Source: a virus
Lineage: Duplodnaviria > Caudoviricetes
Virus record (IMG/VR): IMGVR_UViG_2634166429_000001
Location: 1 to 64,000 of that record
Length of the DNA: 64,000 nucleotides
Reading direction: 5' to 3' (one strand)
The position numbers and the translations under genes are program-made. The notes under the pieces were generated by a model. The model worked only from the letters and a program-made list of their open reading frames with translations, was not told where the DNA came from and searched no databases. Each line of letters begins with the position of its first letter. Position 1 is the first letter of the stretch. Positions 36,715 through 45,898 of the stretch are shown here, piece by piece.

Positions 36715-38226
36715 GTGCAGCACGGCATGCCCTCTTGTCAGCTTGGCGACGCCCCGAAGGGCGATTCGCGAGGAATCTCCCCCCGCGCGGGCGACACCCC
36801 GTGCCCCCAGCCGTCACACAACACGCACGCCCCCAACATCGAAATCGAACCCACGTTCGACTACAGTGCTGGTCAGGCGGGTCGTGGCGGACAGCTCCGG
36901 GTGCTCGCAGCCGCCCAATGGCTGCACGCCACGACCGGCCGCATCGCCACCTGCCCCCACTCCTGGATGACCGCAGTCCACTGGGTCCACGGCAGCGGCC
37001 TCTACACGCCGTCCCGCACCCACGGCCCCAAGTGGGGACCCACCACCATCGCCATCGCGCAGGAACTCTCCGCGCTGAAGGAGTGCCGGCCCGGCATCGA
37101 CTACCTCGCCCGCAAGCTGCGCATCTCCGAGCGGACCGTCCAGTACCACCTGGGCATGCTCCGTGAGGCCGGACTCCTCGTCTACCGCAGCAAGGGCACC
37201 CGCATCCAGGGCATCGGCGGCCGCGCCTCCGTCTTCGAGCGGATCATCCCCACCGCCTTCGACGACGCCCTCGGCATCCGCACCGTCGGCGAGGGTGCAA
37301 CGCGCCGCCCCGTCGGAGCCGCCCCCGAGCACCGGACCCTCCTCGGGAAGCTCGCGAAAAAGGCCGCCCGGAAGACCCGCCGCCGTCCCTCCCGCACCCG
37401 GTCTCAGCGAGGACAGCGTTGCACCCCAATGCAGGGTGGTACCTCAACTGTTTCTTCTACCGCTCTGACTAGCTTTCCCTCTGAGGCAGAACTCGCAAGC
37501 GGGGAAGCCGAGTCACAGCCGAGGAAGTCCAACAACCGCGGGCAGATCCTCAACAACCAGCCCCACATCCCCAACCAGCTCCCCAAGAAGCCGAAGAAGC
37601 TCAACAAGGTCGGCCGCCGCTACCAGCTCGCCCGCGAACTCCAGCAGATGGTCCCCTGGCTCAACCGCGCCGCCGTCCCCCGCCTCGCATGGATCGTCCG
37701 CCACGTCGCTGACGCCGGATGGACGGCCCTCGAGGTCCAGGCCGCCGCCGAGCAGCTGCCCGTCTCCGCAGACGACGCCCGACGCCCCTCCGGACTCCTC
37801 GCCTACCGACTCGCCTCCTGCCACCTGCTCTACACCACCCCCGCCCGCCGCAAGACCCTCCTGGACGCCTGGCGCGAGTCCCGCGTAGCCGAGCAGGCCC
37901 GCCACACCGGCTACGACGAACTCACCAGCGGCCCCACGAGCCTCGCCGCCCGCCGGGAAATCGATGCCGCGTTCAACGCCATCCGCAACCGGCTCGCTGC
38001 CGACAGCCCGCCCCTCGACGACGCCCCCCTGGAGCTCGAGGACCTGTCCCGCGAAGAAGTCATCACCATGCGCACCGAAGCCTCCCGCGACCCCGGCCTA
38101 ATCCACTCCGCGATCGTCCTCCTCGGTGAACGGCAGGCCCGCCGGCTCTACACCAACCAGCTCGTCGACCAGACCCTCGCCCTCGAGGCCATCGCAGCCC
38201 GCAACCCCAACGCCCCCGCCTTCTGA
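36715..38226 (+). CDS. Replication initiator (HTH Rep)
   Basis: wHTH 'RPGIDYLARKLRISERTVQYHLGMLREAGLL'; upstream of DciA and ParAB; start uncertain (36715 or 36727). Confidence 0.7.
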   Translation: MQHGMPSCQLGDAPKGDSRGISPRAGDTPCPQPSHNTHAPNIEIEPTFDYSAGQAGRGGQLRVLAAAQWLHATTGRIATCPHSWMTAVHWVHGSGLYTPSRTHGPKWGPTTIAIAQELSALKECRPGIDYLARKLRISERTVQYHLGMLREAGLLVYRSKGTRIQGIGGRASVFERIIPTAFDDALGIRTVGEGATRRPVGAAPEHRTLLGKLAKKAARKTRRRPSRTRSQRGQRCTPMQGGTSTVSSTALTSFPSEAELASGEAESQPRKSNNRGQILNNQPHIPNQLPKKPKKLNKVGRRYQLARELQQMVPWLNRAAVPRLAWIVRHVADAGWTALEVQAAAEQLPVSADDARRPSGLLAYRLASCHLLYTTPARRKTLLDAWRESRVAEQARHTGYDELTSGPTSLAARREIDAAFNAIRNRLAADSPPLDDAPLELEDLSREEVITMRTEASRDPGLIHSAIVLLGERQARRLYTNQLVDQTLALEAIAARNPNAPAF

Positions 38227-38235
38227 GGAGACGCC

Positions 38236-38721
38236 ATGCCCACCCCAGACATGCCCAGCGACGTGAAAGCCCTCCGGACCCACCTGCGCATCGCCCGGCA
38301 GCACGCCCACACCACCGACGCAGAACGAGCCGAGATGGAAGCCCGTCTCCACGAGTCCAAGGCGGAGACCGCCCGGGCCCACGCACGCGCCGCCCGCAGC
38401 CACGCCGAAGCCGCCCTCGCCTACGCCGCGCTTGCCGAGGTACGCCGCCTGTGCAACCTGACCATCGCCGAGTCAGTGCGCACCCCGGCCATCGCGCAGG
38501 CCCGCGACACCCTCACGGCCATCGACTCCGTCACCGAAGGCCAGCCGCTGCCCGACGACGCCGCCTGGCACTCCGTGTGGCTGCACGGCAACTGGCGCCA
38601 CCTCACCAAGAACATGACCACCCCGGAACGCGAGCACGCCGCCGACGCCGTCGCCCGCTACAGCGCCCATGTCGAGCCCGACGAGCCCGCCATCGCCGAC
38701 CTGCGCTGGTGGAGGGACTGA
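38236..38721 (+). CDS. Hypothetical protein
   Basis: GAGGAG RBS; in rep operon. Confidence 0.65.
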   Translation: MPTPDMPSDVKALRTHLRIARQHAHTTDAERAEMEARLHESKAETARAHARAARSHAEAALAYAALAEVRRLCNLTIAESVRTPAIAQARDTLTAIDSVTEGQPLPDDAAWHSVWLHGNWRHLTKNMTTPEREHAADAVARYSAHVEPDEPAIADLRWWRD

Positions 38722-38723
38722 CC

Positions 38724-39521
38724 ATGACCACACCCCAGTCCTCCGGGGCCGACCTCGCCCGCCAGGCCCTCGCCGCAGCCCGCGCGGCCGCCAAAACCCA
38801 GCCCGTCGCCGGCCCGAAGAAGACCCGCCGCACCATGCGCGTACACCGCGGCGAAGGACGCGACCCCCAAGCCTTCGACGCCATCCTGAACACGCTCCGC
38901 GCCGAACAGGGCTGGGAAGGCGGCATCAACGGCGGCAACCTCCTCGACCAGTGGCCGGACATCTGCCCGCCCGAGCTGGCCACCACCGTCCGGCCCACCG
39001 CCTACGATCCCGAACGCGGACTCCTCACCCTTGAGCCGTCCACCCCCGCCTACGGCACCCAACTCCGCCTCTTCCAGAACAAGCTGATCCAGCACCTCAA
39101 CCAGGCGCTGGGGAAGCCCGCGGTCCGTACGATCCGCGTTCTCCCCCCTGGCGGCCGCCGCGACGGCGCCCCCGACCCGGCGCCGCAGCCGACCGCCCCC
39201 AAGCCCGAGGCGCCGGTGAAGACCCGGGAGACCGCACACGCCGGCTACCGGCACACACTTGCCCTCGCGCTGGAGAACCGGCTCACCCTTCCCCCGGAGA
39301 CGGCTTACGAGGAGGAAGCCCGACGCCGGCAGGAGGCCGCCCTCCGCGCCAACCGGCAACCGGAAAGCGAGGACCGGGAGGCGTACTGGGCGCAGCAGGA
39401 CGCCGCTGCCGCCGCAGGCCCGACCCCGGGCAGCATGGCCGCCTCCGAAGCAGCCGCCCGCGCCTACGCCCGCAGCCAAGCCGCCGGCCGCACACCGCAG
39501 CGCGCGTTCGACGTCGCATGA
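38724..39521 (+). CDS. DciA (DUF721)-like helicase loader
   Basis: 'ADLARQAL..A','LLDQWPDI','LTLEPSTPAYGTQLRL','IRVLPPG'. Confidence 0.8.
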   Translation: MTTPQSSGADLARQALAAARAAAKTQPVAGPKKTRRTMRVHRGEGRDPQAFDAILNTLRAEQGWEGGINGGNLLDQWPDICPPELATTVRPTAYDPERGLLTLEPSTPAYGTQLRLFQNKLIQHLNQALGKPAVRTIRVLPPGGRRDGAPDPAPQPTAPKPEAPVKTRETAHAGYRHTLALALENRLTLPPETAYEEEARRRQEAALRANRQPESEDREAYWAQQDAAAAAGPTPGSMAASEAAARAYARSQAAGRTPQRAFDVA

Positions 39522-39958
39522 CCGGCAACCTCGCCCTGATCGGCCTGACCGGCAGCCGTCTTTGGCCCGACCCACAACGCCTCGAGGACACCCTCCTGGG
39601 CGTCTGGCACGACGCCCTCCAAATCGGCTACACCGGCATCGAACTCATGCAAGGCTGCGCCGACGGCGCCGACACCATCGGCGACCAATGGGCCCGCCGC
39701 AACGGCCTCCTCGTCCGCGAACGCCCCGCCGACTGGGACGGCCCCTGCGGACCCGAATGCCCGCCCGGGCACCGCCGCCGCAACCGCCGCGGCACCGAGT
39801 ACTGCCCGATGGCCGGCCACAGACGCAACCAGCAGATGGTCGACGAACGGCCCGTGCTGTTCGTCGCGGCGTCGTACCGGAAGTCCAGCGGGACCGCGGA
39901 CTGCCTGCGCCGGGCCCGCAAGGCAGGCATCCCCGACCTGACCATCACAGCCGACTGA
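39518..39958 (+). CDS. SLOG family (YspA/DUF2493-like) protein
   Basis: 'LTGSR','QGCADGAD','RRNQQMVD','SSGTADC'. Confidence 0.8.
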   Translation: MTGNLALIGLTGSRLWPDPQRLEDTLLGVWHDALQIGYTGIELMQGCADGADTIGDQWARRNGLLVRERPADWDGPCGPECPPGHRRRNRRGTEYCPMAGHRRNQQMVDERPVLFVAASYRKSSGTADCLRRARKAGIPDLTITAD

Positions 39959-39993
39959 GCAGGGGCAACACGATCCGGAATCTGCGGCACCGT
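39959..39993 (+). promoter_or_regulatory. Phage promoter motif A copy 2: GCAGGGGCAACACG-N15-CACCGT
   Basis: Same 14-mer and spacing as other copies. Confidence 0.7.
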
Positions 39994-40042
39994 GGACCGC
40001 GACAGCCACACCACCCCCACCTGCACGCGAGGGGACACTGCT

Positions 40043-40273
40043 TTGCCCACACCGATCGCACCCGCACCAGCCCCCGACCAGACGAGCGGCATGTGCCTCC
40101 TCCACGCCGACTACCACCCCATGGACGGGCGCTGCCTGACGGCCCTCACCGACTTCTTCTTCGAGTACGCCGACCTGCCCCTGCCGGCCGCCCGCGACCT
40201 CTACCAGCTCGAGGTAGAACGCCTGATGCTCGACGAGCACATCCGCCGGCACCTCGCCGGCCCCACCCCCTGA
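40043..40273 (+). CDS. Hypothetical protein
   Basis: TTG start after GAGGGG; downstream of motif A. Confidence 0.5.
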   Translation: MPTPIAPAPAPDQTSGMCLLHADYHPMDGRCLTALTDFFFEYADLPLPAARDLYQLEVERLMLDEHIRRHLAGPTP

Positions 40274-40282
40274 AGGACCGCC

Positions 40283-40420
40283 ATGCCCACCACCCCGTTC
40301 ATACCGGCCCAACGCACCGTGCCCGTCTGGGAGAGTCACCAGCTGTTCCGTGAACCGCAGTACGAGAACGGCGTGCCGTGGACGCCCGAGGACGACGACA
40401 GTCCCGAGGACGACGGCTGA
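40283..40420 (+). CDS. Small acidic hypothetical protein (45 aa)
   Basis: GAAGGA RBS; MPTTPFIPAQR... Confidence 0.45.
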   Translation: MPTTPFIPAQRTVPVWESHQLFREPQYENGVPWTPEDDDSPEDDG

Positions 40421-40421
40421 G

Positions 40422-40443
40422 GAGTTTTACGGCCGTAAAACTC
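40422..40443. promoter_or_regulatory. parS-like palindrome 1
   Basis: Perfect 22-bp palindrome GAGTTTTACGGCCGTAAAACTC upstream of parA. Confidence 0.8.
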
Positions 40444-40539
40444 TCGACCCCGCACGTCTCTCCGAGCCCGATCTCCCCGTCTGGCAGGATGCTCCCCGTC
40501 CGAAGTACCGGATCCTCGGGAAGTAGTCGGAGAACGAAC

Positions 40540-41280
40540 ATGCCTTACATCACCGTGCTCCTGAACAGAAAAGGCGGGGTCGGGAAGTCCCTGATCTCCG
40601 TCAACCTGGCCGCGGTCTATGCCGAGATCCTCGGCTGCGGCGAAGACGACCCCACCGTGGCTGTCGTCTCGATAGACCCCCAGGCCACCAGCGTCGAACA
40701 CGCCGACGCGGTACGCAAAGCAGGCCGGCCCGTCCCCTTCCGCGTCGTCAACGCCAAGAACAACGTCGATCAGTTGCGCAAGCTGCGCCGCGCCAAGGCC
40801 GACATCATCATCGTCGACACCCCAGGCTTCATGCCCCTGGAAGAAGGCGAGGAAGACGCAGGACCGTCCATCGACCCGCTTGGCGACGGAACTGTAGGCG
40901 ACTCACTGCGGGCCGTCTTGGATGCAGCCGACGACGTCATCGTCCCCCTCCCCGCCGCAGGAGCAGCGTTCCGTTCCACCAAGACCACCATCGAACGTGT
41001 CCTCATTCCCCGGCAGATCCCCTACGGCGTCGTCGTGTACTGGGATCCGCGCGACAGCGAGGCGGACCGGGACCGCACCCAGAGCCTGGTGCGCCGCCAG
41101 GGCTGGGACATGTACAACACCACGATCCGCCACTACAAGCCGCACACCCGCGGCATTACCACAGGACGGCTCTGCACCCAGTACGAGCCCAACCCCATCG
41201 CACTCAAAGCCAAGGCTGACTTCCAGTCCCTGGCCCTCGAGCACCAGATGCGGCGCCAGAAGCGTGCGGGAGGTCAGTGA
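40540..41280 (+). CDS. parA: ParA partition ATPase
   Basis: Deviant Walker A 'KGGVGKS','IDPQ','IIVDTPG'. Confidence 0.92.
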   Translation: MPYITVLLNRKGGVGKSLISVNLAAVYAEILGCGEDDPTVAVVSIDPQATSVEHADAVRKAGRPVPFRVVNAKNNVDQLRKLRRAKADIIIVDTPGFMPLEEGEEDAGPSIDPLGDGTVGDSLRAVLDAADDVIVPLPAAGAAFRSTKTTIERVLIPRQIPYGVVVYWDPRDSEADRDRTQSLVRRQGWDMYNTTIRHYKPHTRGITTGRLCTQYEPNPIALKAKADFQSLALEHQMRRQKRAGGQ

Positions 41281-42437
41281 TGGCCAGCCGTAACGACTTC
41301 GACGACTTCTTCGGCGACGACGAGGAGACCGCAGTCGCCGACACCCGGGCGGACGGACGCCTCTACCGGGTGCCTATCTCTCGCATTGCGCCGAACCTGG
41401 TCAACCCGCGGAAGGACTTCGGGACCGCGGACCAGCTCATTGATCTCGGCAAGAGCCTGGCCCGCCGTCAGAACCAGCCCTGCCCCGTCGTCAGCCGCAA
41501 CGCCTACCTGAAGCTGTGGCCCGAGCCTGAGGACCGCCTTAAGGACGTCGACTACGTCCTCGTGTCCGGCGAGCGCCGGTACCGGGCGGCCACCGCTGTC
41601 GGCCTGGCCACACTGGATTGCGTCGCCAACGACGACTTCGCCAGCGACCGGCGCACGTTCATGGAGGCCGTGGTCTCCGAGAACGTCGACCGGCAGAACT
41701 TCGACCCCGTCGAAGAAGCCTACGCCGTCCAGGCCCTGGTGGCGGAGTTCGGCACCAACCGGGCCGTCGCCCAGCACTTCGAGCGCGCCGACGGATGGGT
41801 CACCCAACGCATCCTCCTCACCAACCTGGCCCCTGAAGTACAGGACCTGGTGCGGAAGAAGACTCTCCCGCTCGAGGCGGCTCGAACCTTGGGCAAGCTG
41901 GCCCGGGATAAAGACTGGGCTGCCCGCGACCAGCTGGAGTGGTGGGAGGGCGAGCAGGAACGGCGTGCGGCCGCGTCTGCGGCCCGCTCGGCTGCACGCC
42001 GCGCCGGCAGCCAGGAGCCGGTGCCGATGCGCCAGCCAGCTCCGGAACCTCTTCCAGCGGTGCCGGGGGCCACCGGTCCGGGGACGCCGAGTTTTACGGC
42101 CGTAAAACCGTCGGTGCCCTCCAGCAACGAAACGGCCCCCGCCCTCGAGAACGATGCGCCCGGGCCCGCCGCGGTTCACGCTCCGCGGGAACCCGCCCTC
42201 GCACCGGTCCCGGCGGCAGTGGCTGAAGCAGAGAGGGTGGTGCCGGAGCAGCCCGGCCCAGTGACCCCGGAACAGACGGCGGCTGACGACCGGAAGCCGG
42301 CGAAGCCCTTCCCATACGACGACGGCCTGTTCGCGGGACAGCTGGTCGTGCACAAGATGGATCTGGCTGAGGTCGCCAAGATGTACGAGGTTCTCGGCCT
42401 GCATCTGAAGAAACACGAAGCTTCCTCTTCCGTGTGA
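41277..42437 (+). CDS. parB: ParB partition protein
   Basis: 'NPRKDF','SGERRYRA','ENVDRQNFDPVEEA' and HTH. Confidence 0.92.
   Translation: MMASRNDFDDFFGDDEETAVADTRADGRLYRVPISRIAPNLVNPRKDFGTADQLIDLGKSLARRQNQPCPVVSRNAYLKLWPEPEDRLKDVDYVLVSGERRYRAATAVGLATLDCVANDDFASDRRTFMEAVVSENVDRQNFDPVEEAYAVQALVAEFGTNRAVAQHFERADGWVTQRILLTNLAPEVQDLVRKKTLPLEAARTLGKLARDKDWAARDQLEWWEGEQERRAAASAARSAARRAGSQEPVPMRQPAPEPLPAVPGATGPGTPSFTAVKPSVPSSNETAPALENDAPGPAAVHAPREPALAPVPAAVAEAERVVPEQPGPVTPEQTAADDRKPAKPFPYDDGLFAGQLVVHKMDLAEVAKMYEVLGLHLKKHEASSSV
42091..42108. promoter_or_regulatory. parS-like palindrome 2 (inside parB)
   Basis: GTTTTACGGCCGTAAAAC. Confidence 0.8.
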
Positions 42438-43159
42438 CCTGTCGACCCGGCCCCGCTCGTACGGCATGCAGCCGCTCGGGCGGGGCTTTCGCGTGCAGGA
42501 CGGCCTCACCTGCGACGTTGAACGTCGGTCAGTTTTGGGGCGGGTTGCCGGGGTTTCGTATCGCCCAAGAGAGTGATCCACCCGCAGAGGTCTTCACAGC
42601 ACATACGTGCACGTGAACGGATTGGGGCGCTGCCGGCTCTGGGGAGTCGGCGGACGTACGGCCGGGAACGGTACGCGCGTGGATCGCAGCCCACACTGGG
42701 CGTTCCCGGCCCGCGCGCCACCCCCCACACCTCCGGCCCACCCGTCCGCCACCCCAACCCGAATTGGCGGGGGATAGCGTCTGTCCGCGTGGTGAGTTCC
42801 CGGACTAGACTCCCGTCATCGAGCGGGCCTGTGCCTGTGAGGTCTCGAGGCCCTTCCCGGGGCCAGGAGTGCGGTTGTCGGCAACCATCCACCCTCCAGG
42901 ACAACGGGAGGGGCCCACCCCCGCACTGCCGTCACCGACCGCACACATTCGGCCTACACGCCGTCAGGCTATGGCCAAATCAGTTAAGACTTCGCGTCAA
43001 GAGCGCACTTTTCGTTCCGACACGCCCGCCCAAGGTGCCACAGTGGCATCCCGCACTAGTGGACTGGCAGCCAGACTGTGCGGGAATGAGGGCCCGGTAC
43101 TGCGAATACCAGGCTGCGAGAACCTTCCCTATATCTGCCGGAGGAGCGGAGACGCCCCG

Positions 43160-43522
43160 ATGTCCGCAGAACCCGTACGAACAACCGAGCCCGAGCCGGC
43201 CGCCGTCCCGGCTACGGTCCTCGCCTTCAAGCGCCCCCGCCATTCGAGCAGGGAGCCACGCGTGCCGATACAACCCGGACCCGACGCCGGCGCCGACCTC
43301 ACCCCGGAGCAGCGGCTGGCCGCCACCGTGGAAGCCGCGTTCGCCCGGCAGGGACGAAGTCTCACCGACGAGGGCACAGCCTTGGACTTCACCATCACCC
43401 TCGGCATCGTTATCACCCTGCTCAACGGGGCCCGGGACCAGAACCACCTGGGGGAGGAGGAGTTCGACCGGCTGAACGGGATGGTGCAAGGGGTGCTCAC
43501 CGTTCCCCGCCTCCTGGCCTGA
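43160..43522 (+). CDS. Hypothetical protein
   Basis: GGAG RBS before ATG 43160. Confidence 0.6.
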   Translation: MSAEPVRTTEPEPAAVPATVLAFKRPRHSSREPRVPIQPGPDAGADLTPEQRLAATVEAAFARQGRSLTDEGTALDFTITLGIVITLLNGARDQNHLGEEEFDRLNGMVQGVLTVPRLLA

Positions 43523-43754
43523 ATGTCCCAGTACTCCGGGTAACCGCAGACCTTCACAAAGGTTGTCAAACGGTAACAGTGCACACGGCCTGTTGATCGT
43601 TTGCGACAGTCTGTTCAACCCCCGCCCCATCCGTGGCACGATGGGGCGTCCGGACACACCCGGAGGAACTACTTCCGGCCACCCCGGCGCGCGCCCCGCA
43701 CACGCTACGGACCCCCCGCGCCCCCAGGGCAGGCCACTCAGGGACGGGGACACC

Positions 43755-44294
43755 ATGGGCCAAGACACCGCCGGAGCCGCCGCACGCGCCTTCCGCCTCC
43801 TCAACAGCCCTGCACTCCGACAGCCCACCCGCAACGCCCCCGCCGAACGCCGTACCACCAGCACAACACCCGCCGCACCCCTCGACCTCGGCCTCCTCGA
43901 CTACCTCAACGCCCACGTCGACGAGGTAATCACCCACACCCGCGCCGCCGCCGGCGAGCCCGGCCCGGTACCCCGCCAGCGCGCCGACATCTACGACTGG
44001 TGCGAACAGGTCATCCCCACCACCGAGGAAGACCAGCAACTCCTCCTACGGACCATGCTCGAACGCCACCGCCTCGAACACGCCGTACGCCTGGGCGACT
44101 TCAACGCCATCCGCAAAGAGTTCTGCCCCGCATGCGGTTGCCTCGGACTCTTCTGGGAAGACGCAGCCCAGCGCGCCGCGTGCAGCAACAGGCGATGCCG
44201 AACCCCAGACGGCCTCACCCAACGCTGGACACTCGCCCGGCTCGCCGCACAAAAGGCAGGCGGCACAGAAAAGTGGCGCCGCAATGCAACCTGA
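43755..44294 (+). CDS. Zn-ribbon protein, possible transcription regulator
   Basis: 'CPACGC...ACSNRRC'. Confidence 0.6.
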   Translation: MGQDTAGAAARAFRLLNSPALRQPTRNAPAERRTTSTTPAAPLDLGLLDYLNAHVDEVITHTRAAAGEPGPVPRQRADIYDWCEQVIPTTEEDQQLLLRTMLERHRLEHAVRLGDFNAIRKEFCPACGCLGLFWEDAAQRAACSNRRCRTPDGLTQRWTLARLAAQKAGGTEKWRRNAT

Positions 44295-44420
44295 CCGCCA
44301 CCCCGACGGTCTACACAGCACCACAACAGCACACGCCCGTCCCCGCACCCGGATGACCCGTCATCCGCCCGTATCGGCTGCTGGAGCTGCGAACTGTAGC
44401 CGCCGTCATGGGAGGCCGAC

Positions 44421-44669
44421 TTGGCCGCAACGCACTACAGCCCGCTCCCCGTTGAGATCGACGACCCCGTCACCTACGAAGAGGCCTCCGCCCTCCTGGC
44501 CCAGACCGGCCACCGCGCGCCCGTGAACACGCTGCGCCGGTGGGTGAAGGAAGCCGGCCTGGCCACGGTGAAGTCCGGCCGCGCGGTGTACGTGTCCTGG
44601 ACGGACATCCTCGAGATCCACCGGGACCGGACCGCGGTGAAGCTGAGAGCGTCCTCGAACTGGCCCTGA
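44421..44669 (+). CDS. Small HTH (MerR/Xis-like) protein
   Basis: 'VTYEEASALL..VNTLRRWV'; GGAGG RBS with TTG start. Confidence 0.7.
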   Translation: MAATHYSPLPVEIDDPVTYEEASALLAQTGHRAPVNTLRRWVKEAGLATVKSGRAVYVSWTDILEIHRDRTAVKLRASSNWP

Positions 44670-44697
44670 CGCCGGCGTTGACGGCCACCCCCCTGAT

Positions 44698-44729
44698 GAA
44701 GCCCTGACCCTCCGGTCGGGGCTTTCTTC
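44698..44729 (+). terminator. Intrinsic terminator
   Basis: AAGCCCTGACC-CTCC-GGTCGGGGCTT followed by TCTTC. Confidence 0.7.
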
Positions 44730-44746
44730 ATGCCCTCACACCCAAC

Positions 44747-44778
44747 CCATTGCGACGCCATGGAATATGGGTTACGTT
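44747..44778 (+). promoter_or_regulatory. Promoter/operator motif B copy: TTGCGA-N17-TACGTT
   Basis: CCATTGCGACGCCATGGAATATGGGTTACGTT. Confidence 0.75.
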
Positions 44779-44846
44779 GGGAGTGTTGGAAACGCCACCC
44801 CACACCACGGGAAGCGCGCAACACCCACACCACCCCGGAGCCCTCC

Positions 44847-45176
44847 ATGGCGCTGATGACGCACGCCCACAACCAGGCCCAAGCCAACTACTACGACATG
44901 GGCACGGCCGACCAGGAACGCTTCGACGAAATGATGGAACTCGCCGACGTCCGCGCCGAAAACAGCGTCTTCCTGGCCCTCATGGTCGCCGCAGCCCAGA
45001 TCGCCGGACTCCGCATCAACTACACCCAGGAGATCCGCCGCTGCGCCTGCTCCTGCTGGTGCCCCGTCATCTTCGACCCCCACGGGCCCGACGCGCACTG
45101 CATCGAAACCGACGAGTACAACCTCGGCCGCCACCAGTGCCCCCGCTGCGCCGACGACCACCGCGAAACCGCCTAA
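44847..45176 (+). CDS. Cys-rich hypothetical protein
   Basis: GGAG RBS; first gene after motif B promoter. Confidence 0.6.
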   Translation: MALMTHAHNQAQANYYDMGTADQERFDEMMELADVRAENSVFLALMVAAAQIAGLRINYTQEIRRCACSCWCPVIFDPHGPDAHCIETDEYNLGRHQCPRCADDHRETA

Positions 45177-45263
45177 CCCACACCCCAGACACCCCGGTCG
45201 CGTGACGACACGGCTCTGCGCGGCCGGGTGACAGACCACCAGCACAACCACAGGGGAGACCCC

Positions 45264-45590
45264 ATGCACGCCACCTCACGCCCCACCCGCATCACCCCCC
45301 AAGCCGCAGCCCAAGCCGCAGCCGACTACCTCGGTCTCCCCACCGCCCGCCTCACCACCCACAACGACGCCGCCCACATCTTCACCGCCGACATGCACCA
45401 CCTCACCGCCTGGTACCGCGCCCTCGGAGGCACCGTCACCCGCGAACGAGCCGGCCTCGGCGTCACCCTCTGGACCCTCCGCACCCACACCGAACCCCGC
45501 AACGACGGAACCCACACCCCCATCCTCATCCACTGCCTGGCCCTCACCACCGAGGACATCGACCCCACCCTCACCAACGCCGCCGCCTGA
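45264..45590 (+). CDS. Hypothetical protein
   Basis: GGGGAG RBS. Confidence 0.6.
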   Translation: MHATSRPTRITPQAAAQAAADYLGLPTARLTTHNDAAHIFTADMHHLTAWYRALGGTVTRERAGLGVTLWTLRTHTEPRNDGTHTPILIHCLALTTEDIDPTLTNAAA

Positions 45591-45607
45591 CACCCCGGAG
45601 CCCCGAC

Positions 45608-45898
45608 ATGAGCCTCATGACCACGGCCCCCGCCGTCAGCCCCTTCGCCAACGACCCCTTCTACTCCATGGGCATCGCCGACGCCTACGACGAACACCAG
45701 GCAGGCGAAAGCGTCGACACCCTCAAGCAGCGCGCCGCCGACATGCTCGAAGCCGACACCCGCGGCCAGATCCCCGCAGAGCTCTACCGCATCGGCTACG
45801 CCACAGCCATCGCTGGCCTCCTCAACTTTCACATTGCCACCGTCAACGCCCAAGCCGACGTCGCCCACGACGACCACCACGAAAGGCGTGCAGCATGA
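45608..45898 (+). CDS. Hypothetical protein
   Basis: GGAG RBS; coupled to next gene. Confidence 0.6.
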   Translation: MSLMTTAPAVSPFANDPFYSMGIADAYDEHQAGESVDTLKQRAADMLEADTRGQIPAELYRIGYATAIAGLLNFHIATVNAQADVAHDDHHERRAA

